IMG/VR virus record: IMGVR_UViG_3300016476_000266
Coordinates: 1 to 40,151 of that record
Direction: 5' to 3' (one strand)
Length of the DNA stretch: 40,151 nt
Origin: a virus
Lineage: Duplodnaviria > Caudoviricetes
Made by a program: the position numbers and the translations under genes. Numbering within the stretch: the first letter of the stretch is position 1; the number at the start of each line of letters is the position of its first letter. The notes beneath the pieces are model-generated. The model was not told where the DNA came from. It worked only from the letters and a program-made list of their open reading frames with translations, and ran no database searches. Shown here one piece after another: positions 8,379 to 18,282 of this stretch.

Positions 8379-9078
8379 ATTCATCCTTAGTAATTGTCAG
8401 TTCACCAGTCTTAATAAAATTGTCCACCAAATAGAACTGACGATCGTATATATGCAATGAACCAACGTTCCAATAAATATCACCGCGCTGAACAAAAGTA
8501 CCACGAGCACGCAGAGAAGCAGCCATAGCATCCAGTACCCAAGATTGCCAAGCGTAGTCATTACGGTAACCAGCCCAAGCATCATTGGAGCGCATCTGAA
8601 CAATCGCATGTAGTTTACCCTTACGAATCACATACTGCACTGCGTTGGTGCACATGAAGTCTGAACGACCATTCTTATTGTGATCACCCCACATAGTAGG
8701 ACGAGTGTAAATCATGATAGCACGACGAGAATCCGGATTGGTTTCCAGTTCTGTCACAGCATGATAGTACTGATCGTTGTTTTCTTGCGAAAAGATACAC
8801 CAACCATAGTTAGAGTTGATGAAACCATCACGATCGGCAACCTGCTTCCAGATAGCCGGAGGACCAGATGGAATATCGTTGACGTTCAGACTCTTGGATT
8901 GATACCATTCGAGTTCATTACGAACATACTCACGATTGACAGCACCAAAGATCAGTTCATCATCGGCAACAAAGTTGGCACCAATGATTTCAATAACCTT
9001 GCCGCCATTCTTATCCACGACAAAGTCACCGTTCTTGTACAGTTCGGCGAATTGATTACGAATATCAGAAACGTTCAT
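8341..9078 (-). CDS. gp42: dCMP hydroxymethylase (T4 gp42 homolog)
   Basis: IEIIGA-FVADD, ELEWY, INSNYGW, SRRAIMIYTRP, DFMCTN, MRSND...RNDYAWQ (Asp specifying dCMP), GSLHIY; matches recalled T4 gp42. Confidence 0.92.
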   Translation of the reverse strand: MNVSDIRNQFAELYKNGDFVVDKNGGKVIEIIGANFVADDELIFGAVNREYVRNELEWYQSKSLNVNDIPSGPPAIWKQVADRDGFINSNYGWCIFSQENNDQYYHAVTELETNPDSRRAIMIYTRPTMWGDHNKNGRSDFMCTNAVQYVIRKGKLHAIVQMRSNDAWAGYRNDYAWQSWVLDAMAASLRARGTFVQRGDIYWNVGSLHIYDRQFYLVDNFIKTGELTITKDEYEKRYGMAKTVS

Positions 9079-9079
9079 A

Positions 9080-9577
9080 TTAGTCACGCAGGAAAATACG
9101 GTCGTCGCCTTCACGAGTAGGAACGATGGACATAACAGTATGATATTGATCGGTGTTTGGAGCAGTCACTGCATCGGTGATTTGATCGTTTACACCACGA
9201 AATGCGGTAGGAATCAAATCAATGGTAGGATGGGTTTGCTTGCTAACGCGGCGATTGAAGATGTCACGGCCATGATCTTGTCCGTCGACTTGACCACGCA
9301 TATATGCAACGAGGAAAGAAGCATAGTTGATCAGGTCGATTGCAGAGTCCTCAACCGATTCAAAGTTAACCTTGCCACCGGCTTCCATAGTTTCCAGCAC
9401 GGAGTACATGCGAAGCATCTTACCATTCATGGTATCAAGGATGGTGTTGACACCACGAGGATAGTGATCGGCTTGACGAACACGGCTCAAAGGATTCTGG
9501 TAATCCTGAGACTTTCTGCGTTGCAGATCTGCTGCTTCTAATAAAATTTTTACTGACTCACGTTCATTTTGTTCCAT
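9080..9577 (-). CDS. Nucleotide-modification-associated domain 1 (DUF1599-like) all-alpha protein
   Basis: RKSQDY ... K-LR ... ESVEDSAIDLINYA motif; adjacent to gp42. Confidence 0.7.
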   Translation of the reverse strand: MEQNERESVKILLEAADLQRRKSQDYQNPLSRVRQADHYPRGVNTILDTMNGKMLRMYSVLETMEAGGKVNFESVEDSAIDLINYASFLVAYMRGQVDGQDHGRDIFNRRVSKQTHPTIDLIPTAFRGVNDQITDAVTAPNTDQYHTVMSIVPTREGDDRIFLRD

Positions 9578-10224
9578 GTTTTATCCTTCATACATTCTTT
9601 GTGATATCGACCAAGCTGGCCGGCATTTGCTATTTTACCACAAACCGAACATTTATATTTGATTTGTGATAAAGATTTCATTCCATTTTTTAGATTGTCA
9701 AGTTGATTTTTTGTATAATTTTTAGGGATTCCCTTTTGAGAATCTGAAAGTTTTTGCTTGTGCTCTTTAGTCTTTTCAGTATCTTTTAACCAAAAAGCGC
9801 TTTGTCCTTTTAGCTTTTCAGATATTTTTTTCTTTGTTTCATTAGACATTACACGACCAGTTGATCTTTTCTTAGAAGCTTCAGCTATTTTATTTCTAGA
9901 TTCTTCTGAATGCTTAAAACCTTTAAGCCAATGTGGATTATTATGAGTAGTACCTCCATCTAAACCAGTTTCTAAAATCAAATTAGCCCACTCAGTAGAA
10001 TCTTTAACATTAAATTTTATAGAGTACTCAATGCATGCTTTACTAAATTGTTCAAGATCTTCACTACTAAAAATAACCTCAGTAGTAATATCATACCCGT
10101 GTTGTTTTAAATGTCTTTTCCAGTACGTACCAGATCCTTTATATTTGTATGGATCTCTATTGGAACATTTGCAAAGATATTTCAATCCTGTTTTATTATG
10201 TGTCTTTATCATTAAATAGAACAT
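9550..10224 (-). mobile_element. Free-standing homing endonuclease gene (GIY-YIG-like, NUMOD3 repeats)
   Basis: YLMIKTH-TGLKYL...YKGSG N-terminus; HSEESRNKI / MSNETKKKISE / KEHKQKLS repeats; C-terminal Zn finger; AT-rich; own late promoter. Confidence 0.85.
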
Positions 10225-10249
10225 AAGAATTCCTCCTATTCTATTTATA
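10213..10249 (-). promoter_or_regulatory. Late promoter TATAAATA (10242-10249) within an RBS/AUG-sequestering hairpin
   Basis: TAAATAGAA pairs with TTCTATTTA, enclosing GGAGG and the ATG. Confidence 0.8.
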
Positions 10250-10279
10250 ACATTTAAGTTCTTGAAGAAAGTGTGTTCC

Positions 10280-10717
10280 TTACTTAAACATAGAAGATTG
10301 AGACAGGGCTTTCATTTGTGCTGCGATGTGAGGGTTATTATATGTATGTAATAACTTCATCTGTGAGATAGGAAACCCAATCATTGTTCTCATATCGGAC
10401 GTAGTGTAGATCTCGTACAACTTACGATTGGTACATTCCCATAGCTTGATTGTATCACTTTTGTCGTATTCTACGAATATCAAATGATCTACAGTCATGC
10501 ACTTTAGAATATTGTTGAGACCTTTACGGTCCATAGACGAGCGGATGCTAAACAGGTTCTTACCTGGGTACCGGTTCTGAGTCTTGACCTCGATGGTTTC
10601 CCCATTGGGCAGAATGAGATCCTTCTCTTTATCATAGAAGTTCTCATTGAGAGGGATGTTATAGAAAGAGGCTACTAAGTTTTCACCAATCTTTCCTAGC
10701 TTTACTTTATTGCTCAT
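10280..10717 (-). CDS. PD-(D/E)XK nuclease-like protein
   Basis: GKIGENLV ... KDLIL ... IEVKTQ pattern. Confidence 0.6.
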   Translation of the reverse strand: MSNKVKLGKIGENLVASFYNIPLNENFYDKEKDLILPNGETIEVKTQNRYPGKNLFSIRSSMDRKGLNNILKCMTVDHLIFVEYDKSDTIKLWECTNRKLYEIYTTSDMRTMIGFPISQMKLLHTYNNPHIAAQMKALSQSSMFK

Positions 10718-10724
10718 ATAGATT

Positions 10725-10753
10725 ATTATACCACAAATATGATTTAATGTACA
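10725..10753 (-). promoter_or_regulatory. Sigma70-type early/middle promoter TGTACA-N17-TATAAT
   Basis: TG-extended -10 lies 7 nt upstream of the ATG at 10717. Confidence 0.75.
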
Positions 10754-11709
10754 CTCTTATATGCGTACTCAATAGCCCTTGAAGCTTCAGTATTCAACGG
10801 GCGTTTAGAATACCTGTTAGAGGTTTCACGGTCAAGTTGTAGAATCAATTCAACGATTTCATACTCATTGATTGGATACTTTCGCTTGACTGCGTTACAA
10901 GCAATTGAAGCCATGATCTTGTAGATCATACTATATCTACCACTGCCGTCAACACGGGCGATCGCCTTGTACTCATCGATCAAACGCTTGTTTACAAATG
11001 GACAGTCCTTGTACGAAGTCCACTGATAGGTTCTACGAGCGTCTTCAATGTTTGCTTGACGCTGTTGAATGATCTGCTTCTGGAATTCAGGTGCAAACCT
11101 ATCGATGAAGCTGCTACTATCACTTGGAGCTTCCCAAGGATGTCTTTGCATTAGAGCATTAGGATCAATAGGATTACCAGGATTGCTGAAGATAAAGTTA
11201 TGAGCGCCAGGATATTGCGCAGGGACGTAATACATTCTGCTGAGGTCTTTAGTTTGTCCATCTCCAATGGATCCAAATTCAGCGTTGAGCGCATACCAGA
11301 AATGTTTAATCTTGCTTGCAGGTACAGGTTCTGTAAGTGGGAAGACAAGCCTGAACTTCGGCTGTGCAACAGTGCTGCTCGCAGTAGAATAACAAACATA
11401 ATGCCAACTACCAAACCTAGAGTAAAGTTCATCTTTTAGGTTTCCTTCAAATACATGATTGTCAACGTCGATAGCAGCCCAACCTGCCCAACAGATTACA
11501 TTAGCGTTTGCACGAGTACTACCCGGCGTAAAAATCGCTGGAGAAATAAGAGGCGAAGCCTTTTTGGTAAACTCACCGCGCTTTGCTTTGTAGCCACGTA
11601 GAGTTGATAGATGATATAGGCTGGCCTCAAATTTCTCGAAGCTTTCAAATTCAACACGAGTGTCTGTCTTATTATCAAAGATAGAAGCAAAGACGGTGAG
11701 GGAGACCAT
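10744..11709 (-). CDS. Primase-polymerase (AEP)-like protein
   Basis: LISPA, AAIDVD, YSTASS...PKFRLVFPL, KDLSRMYYVP motifs typical of phage prim-pol domains. Confidence 0.65.
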   Translation of the reverse strand: MVSLTVFASIFDNKTDTRVEFESFEKFEASLYHLSTLRGYKAKRGEFTKKASPLISPAIFTPGSTRANANVICWAGWAAIDVDNHVFEGNLKDELYSRFGSWHYVCYSTASSTVAQPKFRLVFPLTEPVPASKIKHFWYALNAEFGSIGDGQTKDLSRMYYVPAQYPGAHNFIFSNPGNPIDPNALMQRHPWEAPSDSSSFIDRFAPEFQKQIIQQRQANIEDARRTYQWTSYKDCPFVNKRLIDEYKAIARVDGSGRYSMIYKIMASIACNAVKRKYPINEYEIVELILQLDRETSNRYSKRPLNTEASRAIEYAYKSVH

Positions 11710-12146
11710 TATTCAAATGCCTTAATTACAAGTCCAACATTATCACGGTGAGTAGGTGCAGTCCAACCTTCTGGCTTGATCAGATCTGGAAGACCAAGTG
11801 GATTAGGACGAGACGCCTTGATACCAACTTCTTTTTCCATGTTCTTTTCATGAACACGATCCCATGCTGCATATGCATTCACATCGTAAGCATCGAGTGT
11901 GCCAATAGCAACCACACATAGATCGATCAGTGCATCGACAATATCATCGGCTGCAGTTACAGCGTCGACCTTGCCTTCGTTAAAGTCATTCATTGCCTTC
12001 TGCATTTCATCTAGTTCTTCTTGCAAGAACTTGCGACGGAACTCGAGAAATGCACGTAGTTTTTCTTTATCAAAATTTCGTATCACTGGATTGACACCAA
12101 ACTTCTGGTGCATATCAGCGATATCTTGTACCCAATTAGTTGACAT
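11709..12146 (-). CDS. MazG-like nucleoside triphosphate pyrophosphohydrolase
   Basis: LQEELDE ... IVDALIDL ... VHEKNMEK ... KPEGW. Confidence 0.85.
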   Translation of the reverse strand: MSTNWVQDIADMHQKFGVNPVIRNFDKEKLRAFLEFRRKFLQEELDEMQKAMNDFNEGKVDAVTAADDIVDALIDLCVVAIGTLDAYDVNAYAAWDRVHEKNMEKEVGIKASRPNPLGLPDLIKPEGWTAPTHRDNVGLVIKAFE

Positions 12147-12178
12147 AGTTTTTCTCCAAAATTATATTATACAACAGG

Positions 12179-13564
12179 TCAGAATTTAAATCCATCACCT
12201 GCTTGCTTCATCCGATTACCGAATGAAGACTTATCAAATACCGGTCCATCATCCTGACCAGAATCACTGATGTTCTTCTGTGCTGATTCTTCAACATCAA
12301 ACAACTTCATTCTAGAGCGATCCACACCAATAACGAAACGCTTATAATAAGATGGATCGTTGTAGCGATTCTTAAGCTGTTTAACCATGATCTGGTTAAG
12401 ATTTTGGAGTTCTTCAGTTGAAATAAGGGCGAACATAAAATCCACAGTAGCAGGCAAGCCAAAAGACTCGGAGGTATCAGTAAGGTCCACGTCGGTATTG
12501 TCATATCCACCTCTTGTAGTTTGTGTTGCAGAAAGAACAGGTACGTTGTATTCCACACCAAGACCACGAAGTTCTTCGGCGATTGACTTAACATACGTAT
12601 ACGAATTGACGCCTGCACCGTGCTTAATACGAGAAGAAGCACAGATGTTTAGATAGTCAATCACAATAAGATCTGGCTTGAAGTTACGCTTGATCTTAAG
12701 TTCTTCCAACAGAGCCTTGAAGTGACCAGCATGGGCAGAAGCCGTAGGGTATTCCTTAACGATAAGCTTACCAGCAGTCTTCTTAATCAAACGACCGATA
12801 CGTGTTTCATAGATGTCCTTATCACATGTACCGAGTTCATCCATTGTCATGTTCAACAGGTTTGCATCGATACGTTCTGCGATACGTTCCTCAGCCATTT
12901 CCATAGTGATATACAGAACGTTCCTACCTTGCAGTAGGGTAGAAGCTGCAACGTGACACATGAACAACGATTTACCAACACCTGTACCTGCAAGAATAAC
13001 GTTCAGTGTTTTCTTAGATAGACCACCTTTGGTGATCTTATTGAACAGGTCAAGGTCAAACTCAAGCTTTTCCTCAACACGGTGATAGAAGTCATATCGT
13101 TCTGCAAAGTCTTCCAAGTAGTCGTGACCAATGGAACTGTCAAAGCAAACGGACAGTGCTTCACTCAACAGAGAAGGAATTGCATCCTCAGTGCGACTAT
13201 CATCCTTACCATCGATGATCTCAACGGCCTTGATGATTGCGTTGGTTACGGCACGGTTCTTGCAGAACTTTTCAGATTCTTCGAGCAACCAGTCGTTGTT
13301 AGGAGTTGTAAAGGTAAGTTCATTGATGTATTTTTCAATGTCCTTTACTTGCTGAGGATGTAGCTTCTTCTTGCCAAGTTGGATTGCAAGGATGTCAAGA
13401 GAAGCAGGTTTGTTGTATGTGTTGAAAAAGCCGATGAGTTCATCGGCAATCACTCGTTCATAATGATCTGAGAAGTACTCAGGTTTCAAAAAGGGTACTA
13501 CCTTTCGGCAGTACTCCTCATTGTGGATTAGGTTCGATAGGATCGTCTTCTCGATTTTCGTCAT
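12179..13564 (-). CDS. gp41: Replicative DNA helicase (DnaB-like)
   Basis: LAGTGVGKSL Walker A, VIDYLNI, SATQTTR, KQLKNRY. Confidence 0.96.
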   Translation of the reverse strand: MTKIEKTILSNLIHNEEYCRKVVPFLKPEYFSDHYERVIADELIGFFNTYNKPASLDILAIQLGKKKLHPQQVKDIEKYINELTFTTPNNDWLLEESEKFCKNRAVTNAIIKAVEIIDGKDDSRTEDAIPSLLSEALSVCFDSSIGHDYLEDFAERYDFYHRVEEKLEFDLDLFNKITKGGLSKKTLNVILAGTGVGKSLFMCHVAASTLLQGRNVLYITMEMAEERIAERIDANLLNMTMDELGTCDKDIYETRIGRLIKKTAGKLIVKEYPTASAHAGHFKALLEELKIKRNFKPDLIVIDYLNICASSRIKHGAGVNSYTYVKSIAEELRGLGVEYNVPVLSATQTTRGGYDNTDVDLTDTSESFGLPATVDFMFALISTEELQNLNQIMVKQLKNRYNDPSYYKRFVIGVDRSRMKLFDVEESAQKNISDSGQDDGPVFDKSSFGNRMKQAGDGFKF

Positions 13565-13847
13565 TCAAATATCCAAGATTATGTTGCTCAATGCCATATA
13601 CTATTAATTCTATCAGGAAGTCGCCTAATTCTTTTTCTAAAGCTTCTTTCTCATACTGCAAGCCTTCCGGCTCGAAATGTACATTGTATTCAAAATTCAA
13701 TTTAGCAACATTGTTTTCTTCATCTTCATCTAAAGAAACTTTGTCGTACGAAAATATAATGCCTGCATGCGGGCCTTCTTTTAGAGAAAGTGCATGCACT
13801 TCATTATCGATTCTAGATAAAACTCGATGGGGTCTTACTTTATTCAT
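13518..13847 (-). CDS. Conserved hypothetical protein between uvsX and gp41 (gp40 position)
   Basis: Coupled ORF with plausible composition; assigned by position only. Confidence 0.6.
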   Translation of the reverse strand: MNKVRPHRVLSRIDNEVHALSLKEGPHAGIIFSYDKVSLDEDEENNVAKLNFEYNVHFEPEGLQYEKEALEKELGDFLIELIVYGIEQHNLGYLNDENREDDPIEPNPQ

Positions 13848-14910
13848 CGATTGCTGCACTTTCAAGTTCCTTTAGGATTTCTTCATCCTGAATAATGTTA
13901 CCGTGAGCAATCTGATACTTGTTTACCACGAAGTTATTGAATGACTTGGAAGTAACGATAGGCATCCAGAAATCACGAGTATCAGTATCCTTGATTCGGT
14001 ATTTCTTGTCTTCAACTTCGCCGGTTTCAATGTTCACACGTGAGTACCAACCGTTGGAAGGTTTAATCACATGACCGCTTTCAAGTGCGAGATCAAGTAA
14101 GCCAGACCATTTGCTAATACCACCATCAAAAGAAACACTAACAGGAATCTTTGATTTTTCTTTGACGTAACGAGACTTTTCAACGTTGATAATAAAGTTG
14201 TAACCAACAATTTCAGTTCCTTCCTTTTCTTGTTGACGACCAAGAATAAAGATGTTGTCAGCCGAGTAGTATGGACCGGTACCACCAGAAACGATTGCCT
14301 TAGGGAACATACCTTGTTCCATGTAGGTGTGATTCACTACGATCATAGGAATATCCTTGATAGTTAAGTGAGGTGTAACCATACGGAACAGAGACTTGAT
14401 CTGCTTTGCACGAGACATATCTGCAACAGACTTACCTTCAAGTGCATCCTCGACTTCTTTCTTAGAAGCAAGGTTACCAATTGAGTCAATCACGATAATA
14501 ACACGATCACCACGTGCAAGATTATCGATCTGCTGCATTGCATCGAACTTCAGTTGTTCAAGGTCGGTGATAGGAGTATGCAGAACACGCTTGGTGTCGA
14601 TACCAAAGGAATCAAAGTACGATTGAGGAGTACCAAACTCCGAGTCATAGAACAACAGTGCTGCGTCTGGATACTTGTCTAGATACGATCTAGCCATGAG
14701 CAAACTAAAAGCAGTCTTGAAGTGCTTTGATGGACCAGCCCACATCGTCAGGCCAGGTGTAAGACCACCATCCATTCTACCACTCAGGGCAACGTTGATG
14801 ATAGGAACGGATGTAGGAATCATGTCCTTCTTGGTGAAGAACTTTGATTCAGCCAAAACGGCAGATTCTTTAATCGTAGTATTTTTCTTGATTTTATCTA
14901 GTATGCTCAT
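13840..14910 (-). CDS. uvsX: RecA-like recombinase
   Basis: AGPSKHFKT, DSIGNLASKKE, MSRAK, SGGTG. Confidence 0.96.
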   Translation of the reverse strand: MSILDKIKKNTTIKESAVLAESKFFTKKDMIPTSVPIINVALSGRMDGGLTPGLTMWAGPSKHFKTAFSLLMARSYLDKYPDAALLFYDSEFGTPQSYFDSFGIDTKRVLHTPITDLEQLKFDAMQQIDNLARGDRVIIVIDSIGNLASKKEVEDALEGKSVADMSRAKQIKSLFRMVTPHLTIKDIPMIVVNHTYMEQGMFPKAIVSGGTGPYYSADNIFILGRQQEKEGTEIVGYNFIINVEKSRYVKEKSKIPVSVSFDGGISKWSGLLDLALESGHVIKPSNGWYSRVNIETGEVEDKKYRIKDTDTRDFWMPIVTSKSFNNFVVNKYQIAHGNIIQDEEILKELESAAIDE

Positions 14911-14918
14911 GTGTTTCC

Positions 14919-15164
14919 TTATTCGCCGATAAATTGTTTGAAGTCTTTTTCACTCATCATACCAACTTTGCGCTTGATCTCAGTACCGTCGTCTTCGACG
15001 AGTACACACGTAGGTACACCTCGTACTTTGTACTTGATTGCGAGATCCTGTTGTGTTTCAATGTCAATGTTTTCAATTGGCATCTTCACTTCCATACCCT
15101 CAACCACCTTACTCAGCATTTTGCAGGGGCCACACCAGTCAGCGTAAAATTTAAGAAGTTTCAT
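14919..15164 (-). CDS. trx: Thioredoxin
   Basis: FYADWCGPCK and VRGVPT; start at MKLLKF after AGAAAGG. Confidence 0.92.
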   Translation of the reverse strand: MKLLKFYADWCGPCKMLSKVVEGMEVKMPIENIDIETQQDLAIKYKVRGVPTCVLVEDDGTEIKRKVGMMSEKDFKQFIGE

Positions 15165-15176
15165 AGTAACCTTTCT

Positions 15177-15206
15177 ATTATATCTCAATTGAGTAATTAT
15201 TGTACA
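15177..15206 (-). promoter_or_regulatory. Promoter TGTACA-N18-TATAAT upstream of trx-uvsX
   Basis: Same motif as the other TGTACA promoters; lies in the 3' end of the upstream gene. Confidence 0.65.
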
Positions 15207-15759
15207 CACTATGATCCCAAGAATCATGTGGTACATCAAATACGAATGTAATTCTTGGACAGTTTCCTACGTTCTTTGTTCCATGAGGAAGTTTATTATT
15301 GAACACAAGTAGTGTACCAGGCTTGATTAGTTCAGACTCGTCTCCAACAGTATAGTTGTATTCACCTTGAATTGACAAATGAAATCTATGCTTATCGAGA
15401 TAGTATTTGCCTTCATCTATATGAGTACCAACGATACTGCCAGTTGGAATTGATAAGAACCCACATCTACGATAGTGTTCAAATCCATTTGCGTTGAGCC
15501 ATTCAATGACTGCAGTATGTCTAAAGAAAGCTGGAGTAGGATAACACAACTCAGAATCACCAACGAATTCATGCTTGTGTCTAACCATGCCAATGATTAG
15601 TTGCAGAACACCGGTATCAATCTCCATCCATCCTCGATCAAGCATTGACTCGGCTCTACTAATCTTTTTCTGACTATCCCAGTCATTTGGATTTTCATCA
15701 AGTTGCTTCTTGATTTTGCTTACGTCAATTCCAGTTCTAAGTATGTTAATGTTCTTCAT
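15178..15759 (-). CDS. 2OG-Fe(II) oxygenase, aspartyl/asparaginyl beta-hydroxylase-like
   Basis: HID ... RFHLSI ... FNNKLPHG...N...RI-FVFD. Confidence 0.85.
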   Translation of the reverse strand: MKNINILRTGIDVSKIKKQLDENPNDWDSQKKISRAESMLDRGWMEIDTGVLQLIIGMVRHKHEFVGDSELCYPTPAFFRHTAVIEWLNANGFEHYRRCGFLSIPTGSIVGTHIDEGKYYLDKHRFHLSIQGEYNYTVGDESELIKPGTLLVFNNKLPHGTKNVGNCPRITFVFDVPHDSWDHSVYNNYSIEI

Positions 15760-18278
15760 GAAAAGAAGTCCTCCAATGATGCGGATTCTTCGGCCTTCCA
15801 GCCAATTGCGTCTAGGATTGCTTTTGCTGGTTCAAGGAAAGCTTTGTCGAACTGTGCGTCGTTGTCGATGTATTGGTGTAGACCAAACTCTGGTGGAAGC
15901 ACAGTATAGAAACCAATCACATCCTCACGAAGAGGATTGCGTGGATTCAAGTGGATGTACTTGATCTTCTCGCCATCCTTGATTGATTCATACTTGTTAA
16001 CCAGATTCTTTTCCTTAAGCATATAGTTATAAAGAATTGCAGCCCTAGAGTTGATAGGAGTGCTTTTCTTATAGATTGTCTTGCTGTCCATGTAGTCCCT
16101 CACAGAGGAAACACCACGAGGGAAAGCTTTATCTTCAGCAGGAAGTGCAATGAACTTATTGCGGAAGTCTGCAATGAACTTCTGGGTTTCTGCCTCGGTA
16201 CCATCAATAAGAATATTGAATAGTTCCTTGAATGCCTTACGACATGGAGCAGGAGTAGAAGACTTAATGGCTTCAATACCCATGATCTTTAGCTTAGGCT
16301 TAGCGTATCGAACACCTTCGTTGTCCCATACGTTTAGAATGTATCGTTTCTTAGCGGTCCAGATACCACGATTGGCGATACCTTCACGCTTCATAGTGAT
16401 ACGTTGCTTATAGGCGTTGCAATTTTCCTTTAGTTGCTTGAACGCAACATCAAGAACTTCCGTCTCGAGATGTGAACACACCTTGTCAAGGAAGTCAACT
16501 TTCTTTGTTGTGTCAGCATCAGGCATAACTGAGTTGACCAAGTCAGCCAGACAAGCGTAAACAGAGTCAGTGTCAATAGCAATAACATAATCTTTATTTG
16601 TCTTTAGAGTCTTGTTAAGGAAAGCGTTAACGTGTTTCTCAGCCCACTTAATGATGTACTGACCAGTGATGGTGATACCTTCTGCAATCTCCATAGTGAA
16701 GTAACGGAAGTACTTGTTACCCATTGCACCATAAAGCGAGTTCAAAAGAATCTTGATCGCGGTCTGTTGGTTTTCAAAGTGTGCGATATCACGTTCAATA
16801 CGATACACCTCTTGCTTGTTGGACTTATCACATGCTTCTAGTTCTTTCTTAGAAGCCAACATCTTTTTCTTGATCTGAACACGTTCATCATACATTTCTT
16901 CAATGATCTTTGGCATGAAGCCTTGCTTTTCATTGGAGAAGTATTGACCGGTTGCGGCCATAGAAGCGTCTGCACGCTGAGATGTAAATCCATTCAGCAT
17001 CTTATCAACGGTGACACCTGGTTCGATCTGACCTTTCAGAATAGTTTCAGGGGACATGTTCCATTGAACGATGATGTTTGGATACAGTGAGTTAACGTCA
17101 AAGGAGCATACCCAGTCGTGGACACCACACTGAGGTTCCTTGACGTAACCACCATCGTAGTCACCTTTGTACTTGTCGGAGTTAGGTGGAACAACGATGT
17201 TGTCTGCCAACAGAGTTCTATGAATCAGTTGATCCCAGATCGCAGTGGTACCAAAGGTGTCACTGTAGTTCACACCTGCTTTATACGCCATAGTCATACA
17301 CAGCGTAATCATGGCGATCTTATCTTCCATACCATTGACTAGATATACGTCACGGATGTTATAGTCGATAAACTTCTGATGGTCTTCTTTGTAGAGAGTA
17401 TGCAGGTTAGAATACTCACTGTAGTCCATCTTTCTTTCACCAAGGACTACGTTTGCAATCGTGTCAAGGCGATAGTTTTCCTGAGGACCAAAGGAGTAAC
17501 CAAACTTCTGGAATAGATCCATGTAGTCGAGCTGAGCAACACCAATGATGTCATACATCTGGACCATACCTTTACGCATGGAAACCATACGTTCTTCAAC
17601 CATGCCCCAAGGACTTAGTTTCTTGACGTACTCCTCACCAAGGATACGATTAATACGGTTGACCAGATATGGAATGTCGAATCCACGAACGTTCCAGCCT
17701 GTGATGGCATCAGGGCTTAGGAATTCATTGAACCAGAATTCAACGAAGAACTTAAGTAGGTGGTATTCGTCCACACACTCGGTGTATTCAATACGAGTAT
17801 CCTTGAGTTCTGCTTTACTGGTGTCGTATTTGCCCAGACCCCAAACGAAGTATGTGTTGAGGATGTTGTCATGGACTGCGATGGAGATGATTGGATGCTT
17901 TGCATCCTTAGGTTCAGGGAAGCCTTCATCCGATGCAACTTCAATATCGAGGTTGTGTACACGAATCTTGTTGCGATCAAACTTGATTTCACCTGGGAAC
18001 TCATGAGCAATGAACTGTGCAATGTAGTTGGTGTTACCATACACCTTGAAGTTCTTTACATCATCAAACTGCTCGACATAGTCTTTTGCAGCTCGCATGT
18101 TTTCAAACTTCTTAGGTTGAACCGGTATTCCATCGAGCGTCTTGAACTGGGAATCACCGTTCGTAGGAACATATAGCGTGGGCTTGAATGGGATCTTACG
18201 CTTTACGCGGGCGCCATCCTCGTAGCCACGATAGAGGATGTTGTTGCCGTAACGAGAAACTGCTGTGTAGAATTTCAT
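15756..18278 (-). CDS. gp43: Family B DNA polymerase
   Basis: Exo DIEV, SFDVNSLYP, KILLNSLYG, IDTDS, KKRY. Confidence 0.97.
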   Translation of the reverse strand: MKFYTAVSRYGNNILYRGYEDGARVKRKIPFKPTLYVPTNGDSQFKTLDGIPVQPKKFENMRAAKDYVEQFDDVKNFKVYGNTNYIAQFIAHEFPGEIKFDRNKIRVHNLDIEVASDEGFPEPKDAKHPIISIAVHDNILNTYFVWGLGKYDTSKAELKDTRIEYTECVDEYHLLKFFVEFWFNEFLSPDAITGWNVRGFDIPYLVNRINRILGEEYVKKLSPWGMVEERMVSMRKGMVQMYDIIGVAQLDYMDLFQKFGYSFGPQENYRLDTIANVVLGERKMDYSEYSNLHTLYKEDHQKFIDYNIRDVYLVNGMEDKIAMITLCMTMAYKAGVNYSDTFGTTAIWDQLIHRTLLADNIVVPPNSDKYKGDYDGGYVKEPQCGVHDWVCSFDVNSLYPNIIVQWNMSPETILKGQIEPGVTVDKMLNGFTSQRADASMAATGQYFSNEKQGFMPKIIEEMYDERVQIKKKMLASKKELEACDKSNKQEVYRIERDIAHFENQQTAIKILLNSLYGAMGNKYFRYFTMEIAEGITITGQYIIKWAEKHVNAFLNKTLKTNKDYVIAIDTDSVYACLADLVNSVMPDADTTKKVDFLDKVCSHLETEVLDVAFKQLKENCNAYKQRITMKREGIANRGIWTAKKRYILNVWDNEGVRYAKPKLKIMGIEAIKSSTPAPCRKAFKELFNILIDGTEAETQKFIADFRNKFIALPAEDKAFPRGVSSVRDYMDSKTIYKKSTPINSRAAILYNYMLKEKNLVNKYESIKDGEKIKYIHLNPRNPLREDVIGFYTVLPPEFGLHQYIDNDAQFDKAFLEPAKAILDAIGWKAEESASLEDFFS

Positions 18279-18282
18279 AGAA

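Noticed and set aside
8341-9078. Ordinary thymidylate synthase
   Set aside because: RNDYAWQ (Asp) and colinearity with T4 gp42, plus the nearby agt, indicate a dCMP hydroxymethylase.
9550-10279. Possible group I intron around the homing endonucleases
   Set aside because: Flanking genes are complete and the gaps are too short for an intron core; the endonucleases are free-standing.
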